Source: a virus. From it: a stretch of DNA of 64,000 nt. Of this stretch, positions 54,482 through 62,707 are shown piece by piece. The notes beneath the pieces were generated by a model. The model did no database searches. It saw only the letters and a program-made list of their open reading frames with translations, and was not told the origin of the DNA. The stretch covers positions 60,172-124,171 of the IMG/VR virus record IMGVR_UViG_3300048851_000098; one strand, written 5' to 3'. The position numbers and the translations under genes are program-made. How positions within the stretch are numbered: the first letter of the stretch is position 1; every line of letters starts with the position of its first letter.

Positions 54482-54747
54482 AATGAAACTACGAGAAATA
54501 TCTCGCGATTGAGCTTTTTCATCGCCAGAATGCAGTTTGGTTTACCTGCGATTGGCCCGTCATGAAATCTAGTTACAAGCTCGTTTGCGCGATGGCGAAC
54601 GCATTCGGATATCCCCGTGTATCTGTGTCCGATAAGCAATCGCTCAGACTGCACCATGAACTGTCTCAGCTCCATCTCAAACTGAGACGCGAACACCTGC
54701 ATCAACTGCATGTGTTCCTGCTCCTCTTGAGTGCGGTAGTCGCTCAT
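54472..54747 (-). CDS. Small helical paralog family member 11
   Basis: RYTGISECVRHRANELVTRF; start MSDYR at 54747. Confidence 0.65.
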   Translation of the reverse strand: MSDYRTQEEQEHMQLMQVFASQFEMELRQFMVQSERLLIGHRYTGISECVRHRANELVTRFHDGPIAGKPNCILAMKKLNREIFLVVSLWA

Positions 54748-54977
54748 GAGGCCCGGTAGCGCGCCTTTGCGATCTCTCTGCGCAGACGGTTCGCTTCCCA
54801 CAGGTATTCCATGCGCTTCTTCGCAGGCGCGCGCGGGAAACGCTCCTCAAGCTCTTGCAAGCGCATGATGATGAGATTTGTGGTTACGGGATAGTGGATG
54901 CTCAGCGGTACGAGAGATCTGTACGCATGATTGATCGCGAATCTGAAAGACACTTCGATAGTGTCACGTGGACTCAT
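54744..54977 (-). CDS. Small helical paralog family member 12
   Basis: HYPVTTNLIIMRLQELEERF. Confidence 0.65.
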   Translation of the reverse strand: MSPRDTIEVSFRFAINHAYRSLVPLSIHYPVTTNLIIMRLQELEERFPRAPAKKRMEYLWEANRLRREIAKARYRAS

Positions 54978-55306
54978 CCCGCACGAGACAGAAGTGTGGA
55001 GATATCGTTATCAATCGCGGCCAGCTCGTTGATGATCACCATCATCTCTTCTCTGCTGGCCCACTGCGATTGGAATCTCAATTCGTCCAGTCGAAGTTCT
55101 ACAGCTTCGGAGATAGCAACAAAATTATGCTTATCTCGGAGTATCGCCGTATGAGACTGGATATTCTCGATGATTCGCTCGATCAGAACATCGGGCATGC
55201 TCTCGATCAACTCGCTGAAAGACTTACCAAGTCTGTTGACAGCGTGTGCGAGTCTCTTCATTGCTTCGGGATCAAAGTTCATGAGGAGCCTCGATCCATA
55301 TATCAA
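54974..55306 (-). CDS. Small helical paralog family member 13
   Basis: NFVAISEAVELRLDELRFQS. Confidence 0.65.
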   Translation of the reverse strand: MIYGSRLLMNFDPEAMKRLAHAVNRLGKSFSELIESMPDVLIERIIENIQSHTAILRDKHNFVAISEAVELRLDELRFQSQWASREEMMVIINELAAIDNDISTLLSRAG

Positions 55307-55377
55307 GAAAGTCCTGCTTCATTGTGTCTCCCGCCAAAGAGTTTTGGAGACACAATGATAGCAGAAAATTGCGATTA

Positions 55378-55569
55378 CTACTCGTCAGCTTCGCAGATCA
55401 GCCAGATGGTCGGAGCCCACGCAACAAAAAAGAATACTACTGCTGTTCCGCCCAGCTTGCCAGAAATATCACCGCTTGACCAGATCGCCGCAAGGACAAG
55501 AATAATAAATATTGCCCAGGCGACGACTGTTGCAGTAGCCGCTGCGAGGATTCGTGGTTTCTTTGTCAA
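55378..55569 (-). CDS. Small membrane protein
   Basis: Two TM segments. Confidence 0.6.
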   Translation of the reverse strand: MTKKPRILAAATATVVAWAIFIILVLAAIWSSGDISGKLGGTAVVFFFVAWAPTIWLICEADE

Positions 55570-55964
55570 ACCTCGACTTCCTCCTCATCGGTGGCGCCGA
55601 TTCTGTAGATCTCCCACGGCCCTTCGAAGAGTCTTCTGAATCTGGCCTCGTCGCCGACCGTCACCATCTCCATGTGGCGCTCGGCCGCATCCATCGACGG
55701 GAACTCGTCGCCGCCGACCGTGATCCAGCCAGTCGGCTCGTGACCGCAATCGCTGCGCTCGATCACCCAGCCTTCGCGGACCCAACGCTTGTACTCGACT
55801 CTGATCGCCTTGTTCCACAGGTCGAACTGGTCGAACGGATCTTCCGGAGGCTTGTCGGCGCCGTTCTCGCGCATCCACTTGGCAAGGACATCGCCGTAAC
55901 GCGAGGCGATGTATCCACGAGCTTCCGGATCGTTGAGAAATTCGTAGAGGTTATGCGGCGGCAT
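55566..55964 (-). CDS. Hypothetical protein
   Basis: AAAGGATCAG start. Confidence 0.65.
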   Translation of the reverse strand: MPPHNLYEFLNDPEARGYIASRYGDVLAKWMRENGADKPPEDPFDQFDLWNKAIRVEYKRWVREGWVIERSDCGHEPTGWITVGGDEFPSMDAAERHMEMVTVGDEARFRRLFEGPWEIYRIGATDEEEVEV

Positions 55965-56134
55965 TACTGATCCTTTCGGTCATTGATTCTCTTGAGTACA
56001 TCTTTAGCACGTTGCCAAGCAAGAGGCTTCTCTCGCTGATAGACCTCATCCCGAGGCCCATTCTTCAGTGATACAAGAGTCGAGAGTGCTTCATACAGCT
56101 CATCCCGCTCTTCTCTTAAACGGGCATTCTCCAT
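55964..56134 (-). CDS. 56-aa hypothetical protein (not in ORF track)
   Basis: MENARLREERDELYEALSTLVSLKNGPRD..., TAATG-coupled at both ends. Confidence 0.55.
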   Translation of the reverse strand: MENARLREERDELYEALSTLVSLKNGPRDEVYQREKPLAWQRAKDVLKRINDRKDQ

Positions 56135-56604
56135 TACAGAGCTACCTTGTGTGAGAATGCTTCAAGACCGGTCTGCTGGCAATGATCGCATGGATTGACA
56201 CCCTTCCAGCCATTACCACCGCATCTCGAACAATCTTCGTGCTCGACCAGCAGTTTCAAAAGCTCTTTCTGACCTTCTACTACAGCTTTGAAATCTCTAC
56301 GTGCGTGGACCAGCATTCTGTCTTTGTCAGCCAACTTAGCGTTGAGAAGATCTCGACGTTGCATATAATCGATCTTCAAAGCGCCAAGCTCGCTATCCTG
56401 TTTGATCATGCGAGCTTCAAGACGTGCAAGCTTTTCTTGCATTCTTCTTTGATATTCGCCAGATCCACTTGCACGAACGAATTCCACTCTTTCGCGAACG
56501 GGATGGTTACATCTTTTACAGCGCGTGCGGAATCGTCCCCAATCAGCAGGATCACCGCATTTGCCACACACCCAAAGCTCTATTGTGGAATTCTCGTCCA
56601 TCAC
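56134..56604 (-). CDS. Zn-finger/coiled-coil protein
   Basis: CGKC, CKRC, coiled coil, C-terminal CSRCGGNG...CDHCQQTG (DnaJ-like CxxCxGxG). Confidence 0.7.
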   Translation of the reverse strand: MMDENSTIELWVCGKCGDPADWGRFRTRCKRCNHPVRERVEFVRASGSGEYQRRMQEKLARLEARMIKQDSELGALKIDYMQRRDLLNAKLADKDRMLVHARRDFKAVVEGQKELLKLLVEHEDCSRCGGNGWKGVNPCDHCQQTGLEAFSHKVAL

Positions 56605-56873
56605 ATTTGTGAGATTTGCGTAGGAAGCTCGCGCACTTCGGCCTCTTCCTCTGATCCTCTGGCGTCGGGTCGATTCGCAAGCAGAAATTCGAGAAGCTTG
56701 TCCTGATCAGCTTTCCCGAAATCGAAAGCTATTTCTACTCGTTCCGTACCTTCGTACCGATCAATCTCAGCAGTGATGATCCCTTGAATGAACGAGTAAC
56801 CAGCTCTATTACGAGGAATCGCATCCAAGCGAATTCCCAATGTTGGCGCTGCTTCAAGATCAACTGAAATCAT
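56601..56873 (-). CDS. Hypothetical protein
   Basis: Coupled ORF. Confidence 0.55.
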   Translation of the reverse strand: MISVDLEAAPTLGIRLDAIPRNRAGYSFIQGIITAEIDRYEGTERVEIAFDFGKADQDKLLEFLLANRPDARGSEEEAEVRELPTQISQM

Positions 56874-57058
56874 TGTCTCTTGGCGCGCTTACCAGCGACC
56901 TTGATGTTTGATGCGATTCTTCCGCTGATCACTTCGCCAATCGAATTCAGCACAGTGCGGGTTTGCTCTCCCGGTGCCTCCTGTGCAGCTCTGTCAACTG
57001 CATTCAGAAGCACTATCGCGCCCTCGCGCGTGAGACTGAGATCGATCTGATCTGACAC
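56870..57058 (-). CDS. Hypothetical protein
   Basis: GTG start MSDQIDL at 57058. Confidence 0.55.
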   Translation of the reverse strand: MSDQIDLSLTREGAIVLLNAVDRAAQEAPGEQTRTVLNSIGEVISGRIASNIKVAGKRAKRQ

Positions 57059-57075
57059 ATTGCCCCCTGTCTGTG

Positions 57076-57285
57076 TTAGTCGTCGGCAGGCTGCGGGAAC
57101 GGGACATCGGCGGGATTCGCGCGCACGTAGATCCCCGAACGTGTCTGCTCTCCGCAGAAGGAACACGTTTCATCACTTCGATACGGCACGGTCAGGCGCG
57201 TAGGAACTCGATCTCCTCTCAGGCGCTTCCAGCAAGGGTCGCAACATGCCTGATTCCACGAAAATCGTTTTTCTCTGCTCTCCAT
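57076..57285 (-). CDS. Small Cys-rich protein
   Basis: CCDPCW...CSFCG. Confidence 0.6.
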   Translation of the reverse strand: MESREKRFSWNQACCDPCWKRLRGDRVPTRLTVPYRSDETCSFCGEQTRSGIYVRANPADVPFPQPADD

Positions 57286-57360
57286 GTCGCCAACCTACCC
57301 GAGTTACAGCATTTTTGCAATATCGCAGGTTTTCTCGACAATGGCGGAGAAAAACGCAGC

Positions 57361-57390
57361 TTGACATAGCCTAGCAGATACCTCTATAGT
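57361..57390 (+). promoter_or_regulatory. Consensus SigA-type promoter, probably giving a leaderless mRNA
   Basis: TTGACA (57361-66), 18-bp spacer, TATAGT (57385-90); ATG 7 nt downstream with no SD. Confidence 0.75.
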
Positions 57391-57397
57391 CCACAAG

Positions 57398-57628
57398 ATG
57401 ACCGAATTCCTCAATGTACGTGAGACAGCCGAAATCGTCGGCGTACATGAGAATACGATCCGAAATTGGGCAGATCGTGGAATTATCAAAGCACACAAGT
57501 TGCCCGGTTCGGGTTATCGACGTTTTGCATTTGAAGATGTACAAAAACTCATAGACGCTATTAGGAGTGGAGACGTTGAACTCTACAGAAGAACTGCCGA
57601 GCAGGAGAGACATCGACAAGATGGGTAA
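57398..57628 (+). CDS. Excisionase/BldC-like (MerR-type) HTH protein
   Basis: FLNVRETAEIVGVHENTIRNWADRGIIKAHKLPGSGYRRF. Confidence 0.88.
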   Translation: MTEFLNVRETAEIVGVHENTIRNWADRGIIKAHKLPGSGYRRFAFEDVQKLIDAIRSGDVELYRRTAEQERHRQDG

Positions 57629-57932
57629 TAAGCAAGCGATAGTCTTTATAGGCAGCTTGTTTATTGTTGGCTTTGTAAACGGGATCAGCGAGCTTGTATC
57701 GCCTTTTGTGTTCCTGGGCCTGTTGATTTTGATGCTTGTGGCAGTCTTCTATGCAGCCAACTTTCTCAGCATGCAAATCGCATACGCCTACTCACGCGGT
57801 ATTCACGATGGCGTTGTTGTCTGGCATGAGTCGGTATTCGGCGAACGGCCTCCGCTGGGCAAGCCAAGAATGGTCCGGAGACTGTGGATGGTCAGAGGCA
57901 TTGCTGTGTCGAGAATCGAGGACGATGCCTGA
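57621..57932 (+). CDS. Membrane protein
   Basis: Start MGNKQ at 57621; two TM segments. Confidence 0.65.
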   Translation: MGNKQAIVFIGSLFIVGFVNGISELVSPFVFLGLLILMLVAVFYAANFLSMQIAYAYSRGIHDGVVVWHESVFGERPPLGKPRMVRRLWMVRGIAVSRIEDDA

Positions 57933-58069
57933 TCCGTTTCGGCTTCCCTTTCGGGGTGTGCCGAAAGTCGATTTGCGCGTTTGGAATAGTTTGCACGGGT
58001 CAGTTTCACCACGCGAAACTTGGGGGACTGCGCGTATGCTTGAAGCAGTCATCCATCAAAAAGGAATCT

Positions 58070-58558
58070 ATGTTCACTCAAGAGATCATCAGGGATTCAC
58101 TCACTCGTGAAGAGCTGACTGCGCTCTACGACACATTTGTAGTAATTCGTCGTTCTCGCTTCTCCCTTGCCGTATGGCGTCGACAACTCCCTGATTCGAG
58201 AAGATTCGAGCTGGCTTACAAATGCCGCACGGCAGTCGGTGCGATTGGATATCAAACACCCGGCGGGCCGCACTTCGTCATCGCCAAGGCGAAGAACCCC
58301 GACTGGCTGATCCCGAACTCTCAATGGGCCATCGACGCCGGCCTCAGACCTGGCACGATCATTCCTGGTGGCGCGCCTGAGAATCCCATTCGCGAGGCGT
58401 TTCTGCGCCTGACAGACGATGGCGTGGGCATCCACGGAACCGAGAACCTGCTTTCTCTCCGCAGTCGCGCGAGCCACGGTTGCATTCGCGTCACCCCGCA
58501 AGCGGCACAGAACCTCTATCTGATCGTTCCGGTTGGATCTCCGGTATTCATCGTCTGA
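58070..58558 (+). CDS. L,D-transpeptidase catalytic domain (YkuD/ErfK family)
   Basis: AVGAIGYQTPGG, KAKNPDW, GIHGT...ASHGCIRV...VPVGSPVFI; ATG 58070 after AAGGA. Confidence 0.9.
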   Translation: MFTQEIIRDSLTREELTALYDTFVVIRRSRFSLAVWRRQLPDSRRFELAYKCRTAVGAIGYQTPGGPHFVIAKAKNPDWLIPNSQWAIDAGLRPGTIIPGGAPENPIREAFLRLTDDGVGIHGTENLLSLRSRASHGCIRVTPQAAQNLYLIVPVGSPVFIV

Positions 58559-58680
58559 CAAGCGATATCCATAGATTTCTGCATTTAGGTTCTACTTGAT
58601 GATATGATGCGATTAGCGTTGATTTAAGTCAAGGAACCTCAAATGGTCAAAAACCACAAAGTAAACTGGCGGGCGCTCTA

Positions 58681-58842
58681 ATGGTGCCCGCTATTGTTTT
58701 GATTGTTATTGCTGCTCTGTTTTTAGCAATGGCAGTCGTTTTCATAGTAATCGGCGAAGTTCTGATCGCAATTGCTCTCGTACTTGCATCAACATTCACA
58801 ATGCGAACAGCGCTGAAAGGTGATGATCTTGATGGCGACTGA
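58681..58842 (+). CDS. 53-aa membrane peptide (not in ORF track)
   Basis: MVPAIVLIVIAALFLAMAVVFIVIGEVLIAIALVLASTFTMRTALKGDDLDGD*; preceded by a 12-codon ORF (58643-58681) coupled by TAATG. Confidence 0.55.
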   Translation: MVPAIVLIVIAALFLAMAVVFIVIGEVLIAIALVLASTFTMRTALKGDDLDGD

Positions 58843-59077
58843 AGAAGAAATCCGAGCAGAATTGCTTGAGCTTCGCGCAATAGGCGATCTAATGCAATCA
58901 GCATCAAGTCGCGTGCTCGACTGGATCACTTCAGTTGAATCAATCGAGCATGACAGCATCCCCTATGAAGTTCGTGGTGCGCTCCACGAGATCAGAAGCA
59001 CGGTGGCAAAATGGACAGAAATACGCAAAACATCGAGAAACATCGGTCTGCCGAGAGTTGATATCATTGGTCCGTGA
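58832..59077 (+). CDS. Hypothetical protein
   Basis: Start MATEE at 58832. Confidence 0.6.
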   Translation: MATEEEIRAELLELRAIGDLMQSASSRVLDWITSVESIEHDSIPYEVRGALHEIRSTVAKWTEIRKTSRNIGLPRVDIIGP

Positions 59078-59586
59078 CACTGGAACCTGACAGAATCGCT
59101 GCCGCTGTTGAGCTTGCGGCGGGTTGCCATCTCGGGCAAGTAGACAAAGCCGGCGAGTCCTACATCCTCCATCCCATCGCTGTTATGCAGCGCGCGGAGA
59201 GATACTTCCTGCTGACGAGCTGGCGGGATGACGAAGAGCTGCGGATCGATGTCATGGTCGCGGCTCTTCTGCACGATGTGGTCGAGGATTCCAGAGGCGA
59301 TCCTGGACAGAGAGCGATTCTCCGCGAGCACATCCGCGACCGCTTTGGCGCGCGCGTGGAGGAGGCGGTCTACGCGCTCACACGCCAGCGGAACGAGTCC
59401 TACGAGGACTTCATCACGCGCTGCACGGGAAATCAGATCGCATGTCTCGTCAAGCGGGCGGACTGTATGCACAACGTGGATCTGACGCGGTTCAGACGCG
59501 AGTTGACAGAGAAAGACCTCGCTCGACGCAAAAAGTATTACGCCGCAGCACTTCAACTGAAAAGAGCACTGAGTGAGTTTCTTTGA
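59074..59586 (+). CDS. HD-domain hydrolase, small alarmone hydrolase (RelA/SpoT HD, Mesh1)-like
   Basis: AAGCHLGQVDKAGESYILHP, AALLHDVVEDS, ALTR, LVKRADCMHN. Confidence 0.85.
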   Translation: MTLEPDRIAAAVELAAGCHLGQVDKAGESYILHPIAVMQRAERYFLLTSWRDDEELRIDVMVAALLHDVVEDSRGDPGQRAILREHIRDRFGARVEEAVYALTRQRNESYEDFITRCTGNQIACLVKRADCMHNVDLTRFRRELTEKDLARRKKYYAAALQLKRALSEFL

Positions 59587-59926
59587 TGAGACGGCCAGAG
59601 AGTCGCAGAAGGAATCGCGTATTCGCAGGCTGTATAGACAACTCGAAGAAAAAGCTGAGAAAAGCGAGCGGTTGGAAAGACTTGCTCTGTTTCTCGAAAG
59701 AGCTGATCACGCTCAGGTGCAAATGATTGCTACTGCGGCCACGATGGTGATCGTGTTCCCGCTGCGACCGCGCGTCCTGCACAGAGCGTGGGCCGGATTG
59801 GTCGAGTCAGATTTCGAGCCTTCTCGCAAAAATGCTCGGCGACTGATCACGATTGTCGCTATTCTCTCCCAGGTTGCAAAAGAAACCCAAGGGTTGAGAA
59901 TAAATGCCAGAAGACAGACAGATTGA
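59573..59926 (+). CDS. Hypothetical protein
   Basis: Coupled ORF. Confidence 0.6.
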   Translation: MSFFDETARESQKESRIRRLYRQLEEKAEKSERLERLALFLERADHAQVQMIATAATMVIVFPLRPRVLHRAWAGLVESDFEPSRKNARRLITIVAILSQVAKETQGLRINARRQTD

Positions 59927-60260
59927 AGCGGTAATCCAAAAGATCCTCAACGGTCATGCTGATGATCGTATTGGCGACATCATGGATGCCATCAACAGAC
60001 GCAATGAGGAACGAAAGGAAACCGTAAAGCGTCTGGTACGTGAAGTATTTGGTGATGACTTCGATGTGGGACCGAGAGAAAATCCATTCATCAAGCGAGC
60101 AAGAGAACGTGCTGAAGCTGGCGAAGGTCGCCAGCCTGGCGAGATCCTTCCCGGTGAGTCGCCACACGTGCAGCCAGTAGATCCGTTTGCCGATGATCCT
60201 GTATCTCTCGATGATGAATCTCGTTCACCAATCTTCGGAGCCAGACCACCATTTGAATAG
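59904..60260 (+). CDS. Hypothetical protein
   Basis: Coupled ORF. Confidence 0.6.
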   Translation: MPEDRQIEAVIQKILNGHADDRIGDIMDAINRRNEERKETVKRLVREVFGDDFDVGPRENPFIKRARERAEAGEGRQPGEILPGESPHVQPVDPFADDPVSLDDESRSPIFGARPPFE

Positions 60261-60272
60261 AAAAGGATCAGT

Positions 60273-60881
60273 ATGGCGCCAAGGCTGACATTGTTCGATA
60301 TGAGCACCAGAATGTGCGAAGCGTTCGCACAAGAATTCTTCGAGTATGAAGGCGTGGCAATAGTTCATGCCAAGGTCGATGAATTGGACCCGCACGATTG
60401 CATAGTCAGTCCGGCGAATTCCTTCGGAATGATGGACGGAGGGCTTGACGCTGCGCTTTCCGCGATGATGCCAGACGTGCAGGAATACGTTCACGAAGCG
60501 CTTGAAAGACAGTTCTTCGGCGAGCAACCCGTGGGCACGAGCGTAATCGTCAACACTGGCAGTGAAAGATTCCCGCTCCTCGCACACACGCCCACGATGC
60601 GCTATCCGCGACGAGTGGCTGATGAAGTGGTGTACGACGCGATGCGCGCTCTGTTGATTGCGGTAGAGGCATTCAACGCGGACTTCGACAGTGACGATCT
60701 GAAGATTCAGACGGTCGCCTGTCCGGGCCTCGGAACGCGCTCAGGCGGCGTCTCTTCGCAGAGAGGGGCGCACATGATGCGAGTCGCCTACGACTCGATC
60801 TATCGTGACCAGCCGTACATCTATACGGACTGGCGAGGCGATATCAGTGACCATCTTAGAACTATCTACAGAGGCGGCTAA
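60273..60881 (+). CDS. Macrodomain protein (ADP-ribose binding/hydrolase)
   Basis: DCIVSPANSFGMMDGGLDAAL, QPVGTS, LAHTPTMRYP, VACPGLGT.SGG. Confidence 0.92.
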   Translation: MAPRLTLFDMSTRMCEAFAQEFFEYEGVAIVHAKVDELDPHDCIVSPANSFGMMDGGLDAALSAMMPDVQEYVHEALERQFFGEQPVGTSVIVNTGSERFPLLAHTPTMRYPRRVADEVVYDAMRALLIAVEAFNADFDSDDLKIQTVACPGLGTRSGGVSSQRGAHMMRVAYDSIYRDQPYIYTDWRGDISDHLRTIYRGG

Positions 60882-61384
60882 TGGCGGAATTCAGAACAGA
60901 GCCGTATTTCGATTACGATGCAGTCACTCAGGAGATGGCAGATGATCTCCACGCCAAGCTGAGAGCATTCGGTGAAGCGCAAAGACTGTTCTCAGAAAAC
61001 GGCTGCGTCGAGAACGCTCGAACGCTCATGAGGACCCGATTCGAGCTGGCCGGATGCGAAGACGAGATCCGCACGATTATCTGGACAGAACCGGTGACCG
61101 TTCATGTGGCAGGGCCTCGCGAAGAGGAAGAGGACGACCACGAAGAGGGTCACGAGGGCGTCTTGTATACACAGCGCTGTGCGCGCTGTAAGACGGTTCT
61201 CTCGCGCTGGTGCGAGCACATGCCCGTCCCCTTCGAGGCGATGCCGTGGTGGCCTGAAGGCGCAGTGGTGGGCAAGTTCTCCTACGGCCCGATGGTCAGA
61301 GTCGAGCTGATCGGTGACCGCGATCTCGAAAAGCACGAAGTTATGTGCCCCGACTTCGACTTGGTGACCGATGGCAGCAAGTGA
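60881..61384 (+). CDS. Hypothetical protein
   Basis: TAATG-coupled; QRCARC. Confidence 0.6.
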   Translation: MAEFRTEPYFDYDAVTQEMADDLHAKLRAFGEAQRLFSENGCVENARTLMRTRFELAGCEDEIRTIIWTEPVTVHVAGPREEEEDDHEEGHEGVLYTQRCARCKTVLSRWCEHMPVPFEAMPWWPEGAVVGKFSYGPMVRVELIGDRDLEKHEVMCPDFDLVTDGSK

Positions 61385-61667
61385 AATTCACAAAATTGTC
61401 AGAAGTGAACTTGAAAGGCTTTATAGTCGCGTAGATCTTCATTCGCGGGCAATACAGGAAGCCGTGAAAGTAACTGATGAAGCCTTTGAGAAATACCATA
61501 TACCCTCATCGTATGAAGAACGCGCGATGGAAATCGTAAGGCGACTCCGAAAACTTCCTATAACTGTTGATGGTTATAGATTCACCAGACAACACGACGA
61601 GTATTCCAAGCTGCTCTTGGACGCTCATGATCTCTACGCGGATATAGTGCGCGAATATGACAACTAA
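61371..61667 (+). CDS. Hypothetical protein
   Basis: Coupled ORF. Confidence 0.6.
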   Translation: MAASEIHKIVRSELERLYSRVDLHSRAIQEAVKVTDEAFEKYHIPSSYEERAMEIVRRLRKLPITVDGYRFTRQHDEYSKLLLDAHDLYADIVREYDN

Positions 61668-61929
61668 ACTTCCGTGCCCTCTCTGCGGCGAGACTGACTG
61701 GTTGGCCCTCGAACAGATCTCGTCGGAATCTCCCTGCTGCCTCATACAGGAGGAAGACGGCAGCGTCGAGATCGAACCAGAACCCTCCGCAGAGTTTGTG
61801 CGCAGAGCGTCGTCATCGATCACACTCGCCTATATGTGTGCAAATGAACCTTGCAGTTACTCATTCGGTGCGAGTGATGTGGAAACCATGTTCAGAATCG
61901 CTTCTGGCGATGCTAGACTTGGTGGATGA
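61657..61929 (+). CDS. Small zinc-ribbon protein
   Basis: CPLCG...CANEPC. Confidence 0.6.
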   Translation: MTTKLPCPLCGETDWLALEQISSESPCCLIQEEDGSVEIEPEPSAEFVRRASSSITLAYMCANEPCSYSFGASDVETMFRIASGDARLGG

Positions 61930-62183
61930 CGAAATACAATGTAAGTCTTTCCAGACCAAGAAGTAAAAATCCATACAGGATTGTCGCCAGTCCTGATGTC
62001 GAAAGAATCCTCGCGCTTGCATGTGATTGCGGTGAAATCATTCACAAGCGTGTGGATTCTTTTTTGGTTGGAATGCATGTAGCTATTTGCCTTAGATGTG
62101 ATAACCAAAGCACAGAAGTAGTCACACCTGACGGCAGACATCACAAGGTAACTGCTGAGGATCACCAGGGAACTGGCATGTGA
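61926..62183 (+). CDS. Small Cys-rich protein
   Basis: CDCG...CLRC. Confidence 0.55.
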   Translation: MTKYNVSLSRPRSKNPYRIVASPDVERILALACDCGEIIHKRVDSFLVGMHVAICLRCDNQSTEVVTPDGRHHKVTAEDHQGTGM

Positions 62184-62211
62184 TTATTTTCTGAGTACGA
62201 TATAAATAGGG

Positions 62212-62448
62212 GTGATGGTTTCCCCTCGTACTCACTGCCCCGACTGCAATAGCCTTCAGCGCTTCGCTCGTAAAGAACGACGAAGCTCTGAAACCGTCGA
62301 GGGCGTTATCTCCTGTTCTGCATGCGGGTGGGAATCTGTAGTCGATTCCTTTCCCGCTGCGGACGAAAAAAGTATTGCTAGAGCGCGCATCTCCTGGATG
62401 CGCGAGTTCCGTCGAGCGATGCGAGTATCGAATGCCGATGGTCGTTGA
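62212..62448 (+). CDS. Small zinc-ribbon protein
   Basis: CPDCNS...CSACGW. Confidence 0.6.
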   Translation: MMVSPRTHCPDCNSLQRFARKERRSSETVEGVISCSACGWESVVDSFPAADEKSIARARISWMREFRRAMRVSNADGR

Positions 62449-62701
62449 TCCCCTCACGGCTATCACGCCTCGCCAACTGGAATTGCTGGCGCTCTATGCC
62501 TCGGGTTACGATCTGAAAGAGATCGCCGAGACGAAATTCATGTCCTACTCGTCGGTGCGTGGTGATCTCGCTGCGGCCCGTGATCGCGTTGGAGCGAAAA
62601 CGCTCCCCAATCTGATTGCGATCTGCGTAGAATCACGTGTAATTGTTAGGAATGGTACGGCCTACATTCCTGTGCAGGAAGAACGAGTGATCGGGGAGTA
62701 G
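62432..62701 (+). CDS. LuxR/GerE-type HTH regulator (stand-alone)
   Basis: ITPRQLELLALYASGYDLKEIAETKFMSYSSVRGDLAAARDRVGAKT. Confidence 0.85.
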   Translation: MPMVVDPLTAITPRQLELLALYASGYDLKEIAETKFMSYSSVRGDLAAARDRVGAKTLPNLIAICVESRVIVRNGTAYIPVQEERVIGE

Positions 62702-62707
62702 GACTTT

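Larger units (their letters stand above)
14069..60271. promoter_or_regulatory. Dispersed start-associated motif AAAGGATCAG (24 exact copies)
   Basis: Forward-strand CTGATCCTTT at ~14069, 24231, 26681, 27643, 29717, 31969, 32432, 37194, 38190, 39487, 39976, 42502, 42996, 43635, 44968, 46286, 47490, 47895, 49095, 49361, 49551, 50389, 55967; + strand copy at 60262. Each lies 1-10 nt before an ATG/GTG. Confidence 0.9.

Noticed and set aside
57398-57628. Prophage excision module
   Set aside because: No integrase, att-flanked junction or host genes in the window; the Xis-like HTH alone does not show lysogeny.
58643-58842. Programmed frameshift joining the 12-codon ORF to the membrane peptide
   Set aside because: No slippery sequence seen; TAATG coupling or a single-base sequencing error explains it equally well.
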